From NCBI GenBank assembly GCA_951406725.2, contig OX597825.1, positions 37,076,001-37,140,000 on the forward strand: a stretch of DNA of 64,000 nt, read 5' to 3'. The notes under the pieces are model-generated. The model was not told where the DNA came from, ran no database searches, and was given only the letters and a program-made list of their open reading frames with translations. Positions 27,183 through 40,651 of the stretch are shown piece by piece. Each line of letters opens with the position of its first letter. Positions within the stretch are counted from its first letter, which is position 1. A program made the translations under genes and the position numbers. The DNA is from Octopus vulgaris (Eukaryota).

Positions 27183-27387
27183 GGCCGGCGACTGACAGAT
27201 TCGTTAGCACATTAGACAAAATGCTTAGTGGCGTTAATTTCGGGTTTTCATGTGCTGAGATCACATTCCTCCGAGGTCAATTTCTCGTTTCATTCTTGAT
27301 AAAATAAAGTACCAGCTATGTACCGGGGCCGATGTAATCGACTACTCCTACCCTTAAAATTGTGGGCCATGAGCCAAAATTTGAAAG
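27183..27387 (+). mobile_element. Family A SINE nested in another repeat, with TSD
   Basis: Head, core and tail present; AATTATCTAA at 27163-27172 and 27388-27397; the flanks are two halves of the (AAC)-tailed repeat family in minus orientation. Confidence 0.8.
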
Positions 27388-28213
27388 AATTATCTAACAT
27401 ATATTCTCTGTATTTGAAAGACTGTAACGGGTAATTTAAAAGAGCTATTTCTAACAGAACAGTCAACCATGCAAAGATTCCCTTCTTTACATATTTTGTT
27501 TGCTATTTCGACAATTTAAGTTTATATAATGTGATCTCTCTACTGGAATGATGGACACTCTTAACGAGTTCAAAATATGAATGTCTAGGCTATCGATTAA
27601 CTGAACGACCAACTCATTAAATTATCAGAAATGGCTGAGCATTCCACCGAAACATGTACCCTTAATGTGATTCTCAGGTAAAATAGCGGCCTTAAAAATT
27701 CTTGTTCAGGATACTACACATTGGAATCGAGGGAGTTCATGGTCGCGTAGCAAACTACTCAGTCTCTCAGCCTCAACTACAATTATTCTCCAGGAGAGCA
27801 GCTGGGATGGTTAACGTACTTATGTTGTGGATAATTTATTTTAAATCACCAACAATGAATAGTAAGTTTCGAACGGGATGATCCCTGTTGACTGCACTTC
27901 TGACGACCATTGACAAGAATGTGTTACTGCAAATCGGTAAAAAATGATTTTTTTCTCGCAAAGGACTTCATTCAAAGCGCATCGGTTTTTCACAAATATT
28001 TTGCATCCGTCAACAACATATACATACATACATACATACATACATACATACATACATACATACATACATACATACATACATACGTACGCACGTTCATGCA
28101 TACATACATTTATACGTGCATATATGCATAAATGCATACTCACATAATACTACACTGATACACACATGCACAGATAAATACAAATATGCATACAAACATA
28201 TATTCACGTAATA

Positions 28214-28905
28214 GTACATATACAAGTATAGACATACGTGCATTGACACACAAGCATGCACAGATAAAAATACACATATGCACATACAGTTATACAATTA
28301 TACATACACATACATGCATACATTCTATAAGGTCTAGAAGAGCGGAGGAATGCATTTTGGAGTTAGTAACAGTCTGATTGGTTTACAAGAAATCATTAGA
28401 CCCTGTTCCCCACTTGTGTATGTTAGAGTTCTTTAACTTACTAAATTCCAGAGATAATGCTCTATTCCACAAAAGACACGACTTCATTCTAAGCCGCCAT
28501 AATGTATTTGAATTAGAAGTGGTTCTATTGTCACTGACAGGATAAAATATTGCAAAGAAACAGCAGCCCTTTTGTGATGCGGTTTATACTTCTAGTGAAT
28601 CTCTTATCTTTTTTGCTGAGATTTTCTGAATGTTGCATCATGTCTTTTGTGGAATTGAGCATTATCTCTGGAATTTAGTAAGTTAAGGAACTCTAACATA
28701 CACAAGTGGAGAACAGGATCTAATGTTTTCTTGTAAACCAATCAGACTGTGACTAACTCCAAAATGCATTCCTCCGCTCTTCTAGACCTTATAGAATGTA
28801 TGCATACATGTGTATGCATAATTGTATAAATGTATGTGCATATGTGTATTTTTATCTGTGCATGCTTGTGTGTCAATGCACGTATGTATATATTTGTATA
28901 TGTAC
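28214..28905. repeat. Long inverted repeat: 268-bp arms (28214-28481 / 28638-28905), 156-bp spacer
   Basis: About 13 mismatches by hand (~95%); ORFs 28186+ and 28742- in the track are near-identical. Confidence 0.95.
28330..28620 (+). mobile_element. Remnant RT of an R4/Dong-like (RLE) non-LTR element
   Basis: LVYKKSLDPVPHLCMLEFF resembles IDYKKAFDSVPHSWILE; KILQRNSSP...LLVNLLSF resembles GIFQGDSLSP...PLS. Confidence 0.5.
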
Positions 28906-30252
28906 ATTGTTTCAGTTTGGACAATTAGATAATATATGCAAAGAACAGGAATAGTACGAAGAAGAGACTTGGTAGGAGCACATTTCTAAGCAGGAAAGAA
29001 CTACAAGCCAGTCTAGCACCATCTCGATCAATGGCCTGATTATTTTCCCAGTTTCTGATGAGGAATGGTGCAGGTATGTAGGAAAGCTACAAGTTATAGC
29101 ATTGGCTGTATATCCAATAATGTAACGTGTAACAAGAAATACTTAACCAGAGAATACAACATTATGGTCCGTCTTCATTTAATAAATCAGTAAACATTAG
29201 TATGTTTGGCGTGATACTACTATTATCAAAGTCTGGGTTATTCAGTTGGAGTCTTAATGAAATCCAAAGCATTGTTGATGAACCTCTCAAACTAACATTA
29301 GAAGTTGCCACATCAATTGTGATAAAAATCACATATATTTAAAGGGAGGATTCAAAGGGACATTGAATATCGAATCGTAACCATTCGACAACACTTACGA
29401 ACAACTAACTGCCAAAGAATCCTCGAATCAAGTCTGCTGACATGAGTTCGATAGCATCACGTGAGTTAGAAAGAAGATCCTTGGAGGGTATCACCTGATA
29501 AAGAATACACACCCAGAGCAGTTGCACAGCTCTACCGTAACGGGTCATCAATTGGAAAACAGTATGCATATTAGTTGAAGGTCATATATGGTTACTCTAG
29601 GATATTAGCTCTGAATTTGAAAGGTGTACTTCTGTAAAACATGACTATATTTCTGTAAACAAAAAATACTAACGAAATATCTGATGTAGGGATGCGAATT
29701 CCCCTTGTATCAACAATGATGATGTCACCCAAATATAAGATATGCGAAAATGTCCCCAAATAATCGACCCTAGGAGATATGGGGTCGTGGCCAAAGTGTT
29801 GTACATATTAATTTCTGGTAGGGGTACCATATTTCATTATGCAATCATAATATACTATCAAGTATATTAATACTGTGTCCTACCTGTGTTAGCAGTGCGA
29901 TTCAATAATTGTTTTAAAATACTTCAACAGATTTCGGTACTGAAAGTTACGGCGCTTCGTGTAGGAATAGGTCTATGTAAACAATACAATGGAAGATAAT
30001 GGGTGTATATGCATATTTCAGGAGTTATTGCTTCTCCTTCAGTAAAACACCCAATCCATTAACCATCCACGAACACTTTGCTCAAAAACCACGAAATTTA
30101 GCGGTGTAACGCAATTGGATATACCAAGAGAATCTATAGAGATAAGCTTAAAAATATCAATCCACGGAAAGTATAGTTTTGATGACAATATTATGGAAGT
30201 TACAGTGATGTGGGGAGCATAAACATTCATATGGAAGAACACAGGTGGAGAG

Positions 30253-30590
30253 CCTCGATAAATTTCGAGTAAAATACACCAGACGTAATCATCAGGGATT
30301 CTAGGAAACGTTTATTGTTGTCAACCGCTGCTCGTAATATGTTTACATAATGGTAAAAATGCATCTGTGTCGAACGAATGTGAAATGTGTAGTTACTTCA
30401 TTCGAATTATGTATTTAGATTTACATCTGTAATTACTGAGGCTCTTGGATATGTGTGTAACTGTCCCAGCAACGTTCTAGTGGAACTGGGTTTCATAAAA
30501 GCAGAAGGTACGCAGCTAGTTTGGAAATTAGAGTTACAAACCATTGATGGAGTTGTGTAAATGAGCAAAGCTTTCCAGATTTTTAGCGTA
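30253..30590 (-). mobile_element. Possible Penelope-like 3' remnant with hammerhead core boxes
   Basis: LKIWKALLIYTTPSM resembles the GIY-YIG C-terminal LKILEALLI..PSLN; downstream CTGATGA...GAAATTTATC at 30253-30297 with weak stems. Confidence 0.35.
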
Positions 30591-31302
30591 TAAGTGAATA
30601 TATACACATGTAGGCATGCAAATACGTCTTAAAATATATAAAAAACTTACATGCAATCTATACTTGGTCACAGGCAAATGTGCACGCATACATACATATC
30701 TATATTTACATGATTACATGCACACTGATATACATGCAAAAATACATAATTGCATTTATGCCGGACTGCATAGCTAACGTTTTCTAAATTCCAACGAGAG
30801 AATCCTGTTTCTATTTTAGAAACTGGCTCTTAATCTATTGGGAACAAATTTGGAAAATAAGCAAGAAAACACACACAGTCACACACATATCTATGTAGAC
30901 ATAAATGTATGTATGCACGTAATGTATGTATGTATGTATGTATGTATGTATGTATGTATGTATGTATGTATGTATGTATGTATGTATGTATGTATGTATG
31001 TATGTATGTATGTGCGTAGGTGCGTATAAAGTGTATGCATAAATATATATGGACGGATATATGAGTATAAACATATACCTAAAGGCATATATATGTATGT
31101 ATGTTTGGCTGTAAAAAAACAAGGTAAAAGTCTTTATTTTTCATTCCCTTCGAAATTTGCCTTAAATGTGGTTTTTGTAGTTTTGACTGCTTCTTCTAGC
31201 ATGTAAGGATGCCAGTTATAGGCTGCTTCTCTTGTGTTTAAATGTACACTAATTTTATATGGCGTATGTATATTTATGTATAAACAATACATACATATAC
31301 AC

Positions 31303-31394
<92 letters not shown>

Positions 31395-33127
31395 TCACAC
31401 ATATATGTTATATGTGTGTGCAGTTACGTGTATGTGTATGAGAAGAGCTGGTGTACATTTTATAATAGCTTCTGCAAAACATTTTGCACCTTTCAGAATG
31501 GTAGAATACAGTTATTCAAGGTGTATCATAATGGGATCGAACCTAAAATTATCTGCTTAGGAAATGAACCGCTCCTCCATATTGCAATTCATGCTTAGTT
31601 TCTATCTTCCCTTTACTCTCTCTCTCTCTCCCCTCTTCCTCTCCTCCTTTCTGTCTCGGTCTTTTCACCTTTGCTGGTCAGCAGGTTCTAGTAATCGCAA
31701 ATTCTCAAGAAATTTTTATTAAAATGCATTCATTGTTTGAATGAAGAATCCCCTAAAGAAATAGAGACGGAACAAGCTGATCTCGGAAAATTAAAAAAAT
31801 AAAATTCTTCTTGTAATGACCTTGGTGAATGTCAAAGCCCAATCTCTCATTACTTCGGTATTTTTGTTCTATCTGCATCAGAATTATCAATTCAAAATAT
31901 TAACTATTTTTTTATGTTCCATCGATATGGAATCTCATATGCGTCACAATACATTACTTTGAAGCCATGATGGCTCGCATATATTAATTTTCAATTAGCA
32001 TTAGAAAGCATTTCTATATCGAGAAAGATTTTTTGTGAATATTTTTCTTTTTTCGTTTGTAATATCTGTTTTGTCTTCTCCCTCTCTCTATCTCATAAAC
32101 TATTCGAAATTTAATCCAAATACACTATTTATCTTACACATTTATATCAAAAAAATTATGTACTTTTGTTCAAATATTACTGAGGAGGTTTTCCATCTAT
32201 TTCAATAAAATTTATTTGAAATCTCTTGTCCTAATTCAGTAAAATATTTGTACAATAATGCCCGGTCATTTAAATAATGCATTAGTTTATTATTATGATT
32301 TTTCGCTATTTAAGCTGAGGTGTATTTGACTTGAAAGAACACACGAATGACCTGCGTTCTCAATTTTTCTGCCTCTACAAAAAAAAAAAAATAAATAAAA
32401 TGAAACCTTATAACTTAGCAACAGATTTGTATCTTGCTCAATGGTAAACAGTTTTTTTTTGCTGACTTTGATAGCTTGCTGAAAAATTGGTAATCTGTAT
32501 CTCATCATGTATATTGCATTATTTCTCCTGCAAAGGCACTTTACGATCTTCGATTCAAATCACATCGTAAAGAACAAATACTACTGATTTCGGCGTGGTC
32601 CATAGCTCCAGTCAGCTGGTGCACACTCAATCGATGTGTGTTTCCATTAACTTTTAGTATTGAACTTGAATGTCTCTCATGATAAAAATCCTAGATTGAC
32701 GTATGAACCACGAAGAGAAGCAGCTGAAATATATGGGAAAATAGGATAAGGTTTTGTGAACGACAACACCTTCAAGTAATGGTGATTGAGAGAAAAAACC
32801 CAAAAAGAAACAATGTCCATTTAATATTTCTTTCTCCGTTTCGGTCATTATTTTCCCGAGTTTATTACAAAAAAGACAGTTACCACGAAAAAATATTTCT
32901 TATTCAAATATGAATTGCTGGCTTGGCTATATGAGGCATAATGGTAGCGAAGTTCACTTACACAACAAACTGGTTCAAGATCTGATACAACGCGTGACAT
33001 TATACATAAAATAGATTGCTTTTCCACTAGTCCCATGTTGACCGATGTTTTGTGAATGAAAATTGGGAAATGGAATTTTTCACCCCCACACACGCGCGCA
33101 CGCACACGCACACACACGCGCGCACGC

Positions 33128-33174
<47 letters not shown>

Positions 33175-33317
33175 GATGTGGGTCTGATAATAAAAATGGG
33201 AGAATCTTAACGAAAATACAAAGATTATTTATACAGGTCTTTATTTTTTTACATGAAATAAACACAAAAATATTTACATAGGTACAAATACAATCATGTA
33301 TATAAATCATGTATATG

Positions 33318-33356
<39 letters not shown>

Positions 33357-34141
33357 TCATATATATATATATATAAATATATATATATATAAATATATGT
33401 ATATATACATATATACACACATATATACATACATTCATGTACAGGTGTATAACTACACATGCATTTGTACATTATTGCACGAATATATACACAAATGAAT
33501 ACATATACGTGTACATATACATGTACACACACACATACCCACACATACACACACACACATACAGCATTTATGTATGCCCAGAGTTTTACGTTCGCAGTTT
33601 ATGAGTACTTGCCCAAAGAAAATTAGCTTTTACGGAAAAGAAAGAATAATGAAAAACGAAATAGAAAAAAAAAATGAAGAAAAAGATGGAAAGGGAAGGA
33701 TTTGTACATTTTACAGTATCGATGTAATACTTGAGATTATACATGACGTACAACACACCCACCCACTCATAAACGTAGAGGCATAAATGCACGCATACTC
33801 ATATGCGCATAGGATGTATACACTCGTACACACATACATATACTTATATATACACTTATATATACTTATATATATATACACTTATATATACTTATATATA
33901 CATGTACTTATATATACACGCACATAAACTAATGAATATATATGTATACATTCACATACATACACACACATACACACACATACACACACACACACACATA
34001 TATACATTTGCATATATACACATATCCATATATATATGAATATGTATATATATACATATATATATATATATGTATTTGTGTATATATATATATGAATATG
34101 TATATATATACATATATACATGTATATATATATATATATAT

Positions 34142-34227
<86 letters not shown>

Positions 34228-35364
34228 TACAGACATACTTACACAGCCCATTCACATGTAAAAGTATTATGCAGCTATAATCACATACCTGCACTCATAT
34301 ACATTCTGTAGACTTCGAGTCAAACAATAACTGCATGCGCATACACAAAAACAACATACCCATAAACACGCATAAGATATGGTCGCACTCGTATAAAATA
34401 ATATATAATTTCACATATGTGAATTTGCAATAAACCTTGAATAATTTGTAAAAAATGGTGCATGAATGTAGGAAACAGGGAAACGGGTAGAGGAAAAAGT
34501 AGGAGAGTAAAAAACAAAGAGACAAAAGACAAAAAAAGGAAGGTCATTGACTGAATCTGCACTTGTACGTATGAACGGCTTCGACTATGTGCTATTTATG
34601 TCAGAGAAATATTACATTATGACACCGGCGTAACATCATTTGAATTCGAAACTGGTATTAATTTCCTCTTGCTTATGTGAAAGGAAGCCTATAACATGTC
34701 TCTTGCCTTTGTCTACTAATAATGTTATCATTCTCATGGGACTTTGACACGAGTCAAAATCACCCTATACATTTTCAGGTTTCGTATACTTCCGCTGTCA
34801 TCGTGGCACCTTTGCTTTTCATCTATTGTCACATTATCACGTTCTTGATCTACGACATTTCCAGCTCCTCGTCTCCTCATCTTCTATATACATGTCTCTA
34901 ATAGGACATGTACGCGCACACATACATACACACACACACGCTTAAATCATATTCCCAAACATTGCCTATTGTAACATTTACAAATGCTTCTCGTTTACTT
35001 GCACATGTTTTACTGAGTTTATTACAATCCTCACGCTGTGCTGCTTTCATTCATTAAAACCTCATTCATGTCTGATTTACTCAAATAATCCATACCTCTT
35101 CTAATTTTATTAACGACCTACGCACGACCTGCTATATTCAGATGCTTTCCTTTCACATTGTTCTACGTTTCCAGTGTGTACTTGTATTGTGCGCGTCTGT
35201 AAGCAGCCGTATAAAGTAATGTGTCTGGGTGTTTGGTTGTACGCTTATGTGAGTATATAGGCATGCGCATCAGTGAGGGTGCATGCATGAATATATGCTT
35301 GAAATGAATATGATTGAATGGATGTTATATACCTTTGTATTCACATAATAAAGCACCTTTTTTT

Positions 35365-35617
35365 CTTTCTATCTTTTACTTGTTTCAGTCATTAGATTGC
35401 AGCCAGGTTGGGGAACTGTCTTGAAGAATTTTAGTCGAACGAATCGACCCCCAATGCTTATTATTTTCAACCCGATACTTAGTACTTGTTCTATCGCCCT
35501 CTTTTGCTGAACCATTAAGTTACTGGAACATGAACAAGCCAGCACCGGTTGATAAGTAGTGGTGGGGGACAGACGCAAAGACACAAACTCACACACACAC
35601 GCACGCACACATACTCA

Positions 35618-35650
<33 letters not shown>

Positions 35651-35816
35651 GTATACGAAGGTTTTCTTTTAGTTTCCGGCTCCAAATTCACTCACAATGT
35701 TTTGGCCAGCCCAAAGCTATAGTAGAAGACATTTGCCCAAGGTGGCACGCAGTGGCACTGAATCCAGAACTGTGTGACTGGGAGGCAAACTTCTTACCAC
35801 ACAGCCATACCTGCGC
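35365..35816 (-). mobile_element. Full-length decayed family B SINE
   Basis: Head GCGCAGGTATGGCTGTGTGGTAAG, CCTTGGGCAAATG core, internal (CA)n, shared tail. Confidence 0.85.
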
Positions 35817-36093
35817 AATGTTGTTTATATTTCTATATATCCTACACGCTCACATATGAACTTGCAATAATGTATGTGGGGCTTATTACATGTATATGTT
35901 TTACTTATATTGGCAATAGTGTGTCGTATGTGCATGTGATAGCAATTATAAGTGTGTAGTATTATAGATCTATACACGCACATACATATATTTGCATATG
36001 TATACGTATGTGTATTCATATACTTGCGTTAATATATTTGCTTGTTTGTATGTGTATTTTCTGATCTCTCTCTCTCTCTCTATGTATTATCTT

Positions 36094-36318
36094 TTGGGTC
36101 ATCCCATAAATAATGCGTTTTGTAAATACTTCTTTTATTTTTCAAAATTAAGATAAACAAAGTTCTTTTTTAATCTAAAATATACTCTCCTTCATATTCT
36201 ACAAGGCTATTCCATCTATCTGGTAGACTTGCAAGGCCTCTCTTCCAAAACTCTCTTCTCCATGACAAAAATTACTCCTCCAGTATTGTACTGCCCTCGT
36301 CTGCAGAATTCATATTTG
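36094..36318 (-). mobile_element. Mariner 3' end with terminal inverted repeat
   Basis: Minus-strand translation ...EFWKRGLASLPDRWNSLVEYEGEYILD*, typical of a mariner C-terminus; ends in TTGGGTCATCCCATAAATAATGCG. Confidence 0.75.
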
Positions 36319-36671
36319 ATTGAGCATCAGTATTTCCTGGAAGTCCTTGCATCTATTGTCAGTTTCTAGCTCCAAGTAGTTTTTGTTCACATTCAAATTT
36401 CAGCTAAATAATGATGTTTCAGGCTGATAAATAACTTCTGTATCAATTCGTGTACTTTCTTAGCAACTGCGCTTATGAGAGGTAGATTATTGTTGCAAGG
36501 AAATCTTTCCATCTCCAGCATTTAACAAAGTTTTGGCAAAATGACTAGACAGCTGATCTTCAAAAAGGATTGACATTCATGTTCGTAGATAATTTGAAGA
36601 ATTTGATTTTGTTCCAAAGTCACGACAATTTAAAGCAAGTCCGGATTTCATAGGTTTTAATTCCTTTAGGG

Positions 36672-36824
36672 ATCACTAGTAGATTTTGACAGAAATCACC
36701 TGAGAATAATCACTTGGTAGATTCTGAAGGAAGTCATTTGGGAATAATCACCTGGTAGATTCTAATGGAAATCACCCGAGAATAATTACCTGGTGGATTT
36801 TGACAGAAATCACCTGAGAATAAT
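36672..36824. repeat. 38-bp minisatellite, 4 copies
   Basis: Unit ~GTAGATTTTGACAGAAATCACCTGAGAATAATCACCTG starting at 36679, 36717, 36755 and 36793. Confidence 0.9.
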
Positions 36825-36863
36825 CTCATGTCATGCAAACTCTGCAATATACTGCCATAGTCA

Positions 36864-37738
36864 TATGAGTTGGTATCCAAGGGTTTCCAGACGAGTTATG
36901 TTTAATAAAAATTAACTTATTTACCTAAGTTTTAAAATCATCTCTTTCGAAAGAGATGCGCAACAATACACTAATCCAAGCGTTCCTGTCACCTTTGTAA
37001 TCCAGCCTGGAAGTCGTTTTCCGTAAGCGAGATGAAGACCTTTCGGGATTTGCTCTTGATCGCGACAACGGTGTTAAAACAGTGATATTTGAGCTGCATT
37101 TTCATCTTGGGGAAGAGATGAAAGTCCGCAGGTGCTAAATTTAGTGAATAGGGCAGCCGCGGAAGCGATACCGTGTTGTTTTTGGCGCACGAGTGAGGAA
37201 AGCTTGGTGGCAGGCAGCATTGTGCTCCATAGATCCAGTTGCTTTCGGAGAATGGTCTCCCTCAAACGCTTCAAAACGTCGGAGTAGAACTTTCGATTCA
37301 CCATCTGACCCTGGAGGACGATGAACAATACCACATTTCTGGAGGTGACACTCGTGAGTCGTCCAGTTCGCTCATCGGCTCCCAGCGTAGTTCTTTTCCG
37401 TTTTGAAGCACCTGTGCCACTCAAACATTACGTTGGACCCGTTGCCTCATCGCTGTAAGCGTGCCGCAGCATGCTCAGTGTCTTTACAGCAGACTTTCCA
37501 AGTTTAACTCAAAATTTCACGTTGGCTCTTTGTTTCTGTCCATGACAAAATCGCAGACAACAGCATACACATGATCACAAATAAACAAACTTCACAACTT
37601 GCGAAGTAAACACAGCAATGTGACTCGGCAGACGGTGTCATGAAGTTACTACTAGCTCTCACTGCGCACGCAACCATGTGCTGCCATCTGTTGACGCGCT
37701 TCAAAACTGGTCCGGGAACATTTTGATGCCACTTTGCA
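36864..37738 (-). mobile_element. Internally deleted mariner element with both TIRs
   Basis: Imperfect TIRs TATGAGTTGGTATCCAAGGGTTTCCAGAC / GTCCGGGAACATTTTGATGCCACTTTGCA; start ~37543 (QRANVKF), GQMVNRKFYSDVLKRLRE, PYSLNLAPADFHLFPKMK. Confidence 0.9.
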
Positions 37739-37769
37739 CAAAACTCCAGGGTGAGCAATTGTACATACT

Positions 37770-38600
37770 TCTAGGAGAATCATTTGGCATTTCTTAAGAA
37801 CTTTGCTGTTCCCAACAGTGTTTTGATAATATTACAAATAGCTATACTTTTTTTACCCAAGAGAAGTTCGAAAGCAGAATAAAGAGTGTGAGTTGCAATA
37901 TCTAAAGAAGCAACTGCAATAGCTGCTTTGTTTTGATGGGTGGGACAAGCAATAAACTAATCAGGTATGTCTTTCTAGTTCCACCACGAGTATAAAAGAC
38001 GCATATTTAGTTTCTTGCAGCAATACTGTGTTAAAAGCAGCAGAATGCATTGCTTTTTTTATATACTGTAAGTTTGGGTTTATTGTCATCGGTATATGCT
38101 ATTAATGTTGCTTTAAGAGCGGCAAGCTGGCAGAATCATTAGCACGCTGGACGATATGCTTTGCGGTATTTCGTCTGCTGTTATGTTCTGAGTTCAAATT
38201 CCGCTGAGGTCGACTTTGCTTTTCATCCTCTCGGGGTCGATGTAAATAAGTACCGGTTACGCACTGTGGTCGATGTAATCGACTTAATCCTTTGTCTGTC
38301 CTTGTTTGTCCCCTCTATGTTTAGCCCGCTGTGGGAAATAAAGAAATAAAAATGTTGCTAGATAGACTTCAGTGTAGTGAGATTGAGGAAGCTTGTCCAT
38401 AAGGGCAGCATTATAGATTTATACTGTTTGATGCTTGAAATAATTGGTGATGTTATTACGTTACTGGAATAATTTAACAGTGGTTTAAAAGCTTGACAAG
38501 AATGATCTTAACACTTTTGATTATGTGAAATACTGAAGTCTCTGACTATGTTGCCGATCAGTGTGCATCGTAATCTGGGAATCTATATACAAACATGTCT
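37770..38600 (-). mobile_element. Decayed 3' end of an R4/Dong-like RLE LINE, interrupted by a SINE
   Basis: LLGTAKFLRNA at ~37785-37820 resembles the terminal LLGTARILRK; DNKPKLTVYKK resembles NRPDIVV.DK; ETSVFHII resembles ET..HI of the CCHC finger. Confidence 0.45.
38117..38348 (+). mobile_element. Full-length family A SINE with Tx1-like tail and TSD
   Basis: Head, core and tail TTGTCCCCTCTATGTTTAGCCCGCTGTGGGAAATAAAGAAATA; AATGTTGCT at 38104-38112 and 38351-38359. Confidence 0.92.
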
Positions 38601-40098
38601 CCCTATACTTGGTGTACACTTTGCTTTAACTATTCGAAAATTTCGAAATGATTTTGAACCTCGTAATTTATTTCGTCGAGAGGAGTAATCGAAAGAAGCA
38701 TTCATATCGACTGTCATGTAGTGTATGCCCTATCATAGCGGCGAGTTAGTTTACAACGAGAGCACCTTCTTTCTTCGATTCTGTTGCTTGCTGTTCCTGG
38801 TTCAAGAAGACTAAAACTGTTAGTACATTAATGTACTATCAGTGATCATACTAGTACAACTTGAAAAGTCCGTAAGCGTTAGAAAGCTATCATGACCACG
38901 TAGTTTGAGAAAAGGCTGCCTGCTTTGTGTCTCTTGGACTTTGCGCAGTTAAGCAAAAATTCTATTTTATCTTTCGGTGGGAAGAGTTAATGACACTAGT
39001 GGGAAGGATATTATCTTTAATTTAGAAGCTTGATCCGAATGCTTGGGGACTCCATTAAATTCTCTCAAGATGCTAGGTCGTGAACAGTATCCACTAACCA
39101 AGTCGGCTGTCAGATTTTGAACTCGAAAGACAAAAACCCAGAACAAACACCACAAGTAATTCGATCGGACAATCTTACAGTCCTGCCAACCAACTACCTT
39201 GGAGTGGTACTCTTTTACCGACTCCAAAAATTGACTTCGGCGGGAATTGAGCCTGAAGCGTAGAGAGTCGGAACAAATATTGTGTGGTAATCTGTTTGAA
39301 GCTCAAATGACTGTCAATTTGAGCGATAGAAACCCATTTGACTTTTCCAACGGGACACCTAGATGTTGAAGGTGTCTTCAGGAATGGGACAGACGAAAAG
39401 CGCCCCAAAAGCCTCATTGTGGCTGATATTCTTCGATGCAATTCAGTAATTTCGCCACGAGATTTAACTTCGTCAGAGACTATATTGTAGCGTTAGAAGT
39501 CTGTGATGAGATGCTTTATAGAATTTTAGAACTAAAAATAGAGGCATGCTGTAAATGTTTTGACCAAAAGTGGACAGCAGATAACTATCCATCTGTTGTC
39601 ATTTTCATACTGTTCAACCAAGGTTTCGAAGACCCCAATATCCTAGTTGTTTGTAAGAATGATAACCACTTTCACATTTTAGGTCCCTATGACCAAGAGT
39701 TTTGATGTATTTTTAGTTGCCCATGCAAATTGAATTTCTTTTGAGGTCACAACATGGACTACGAACCACCTTGGTCTCAATAACACTGAAATATTTTCTC
39801 CCTGTGAGGGTATGAAACATGTGCAGATTGATGAAATGAATTAAATTGAAGCAGATTAAAATGTATGAAACAAACAAGTCCTCTGTTTTTCGGAGATTAG
39901 TGATGAAAACATCATTTATATCTAATTTTAACATAAAGGATTACATTTGGTCGTGACCGTAAATTGAACTCGCATTCACAAAATTTGACTTCCGCTCAAA
40001 TTAATTAGAACCAGTTAATATGTCAATTTCTAATTGATGTGAATAGCAATATAATTAGCAAGAACTTTACATTAATCAACTCTTCATCTAAACGTATT

Positions 40099-40136
<38 letters not shown>

Positions 40137-40611
40137 GAGAGATAAGGAGAGAATAAGATAGGAGAAGCAAGAAAGGCACACGTTTGAAATAGTAAAGCAA
40201 AATGACGTATTAGTAATACAAAGATTTTGTGTAAGACAGGTAGGAGATGAACATTAAACACGCTAAAGAAGTTTTTTAAAACTCAATAATTATTCGCTAT
40301 TATTTATAGCTTTATGTATTTCGAGCTACACCGTCTAAAGGATTTATAATTGTAAATATTTATATAATTCACATATATATATATACATGCCCATGGAAAC
40401 ACCTATATATCTGTGCACATCAGTGCATGTATCTATAAGAAGTGTATTTTATACTAACGCGTACGAGTGATTGTAGCTGCGTTTTTGTATTTTTTACACG
40501 TTGTCAAGAGCTGCGAAGATGCTAAAAATTATATACGTACCTTATTTCTCGTCTTCTTGTCATGTTTTCCTCATCTTCACTTTCGTTCTTATAAATATCC
40601 GTATGTGTGTG

Positions 40612-40651
<40 letters not shown>

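Noticed and set aside
28214-28905. MITE interpretation of the long inverted repeats
   Set aside because: Arms are pieces of LINE and flanking DNA, there is no TSD, and the spacer continues the left-arm sequence.
36672-36824. CRISPR-like array
   Set aside because: Eukaryotic context, whole units are homologous with no unique spacers, and no cas genes.
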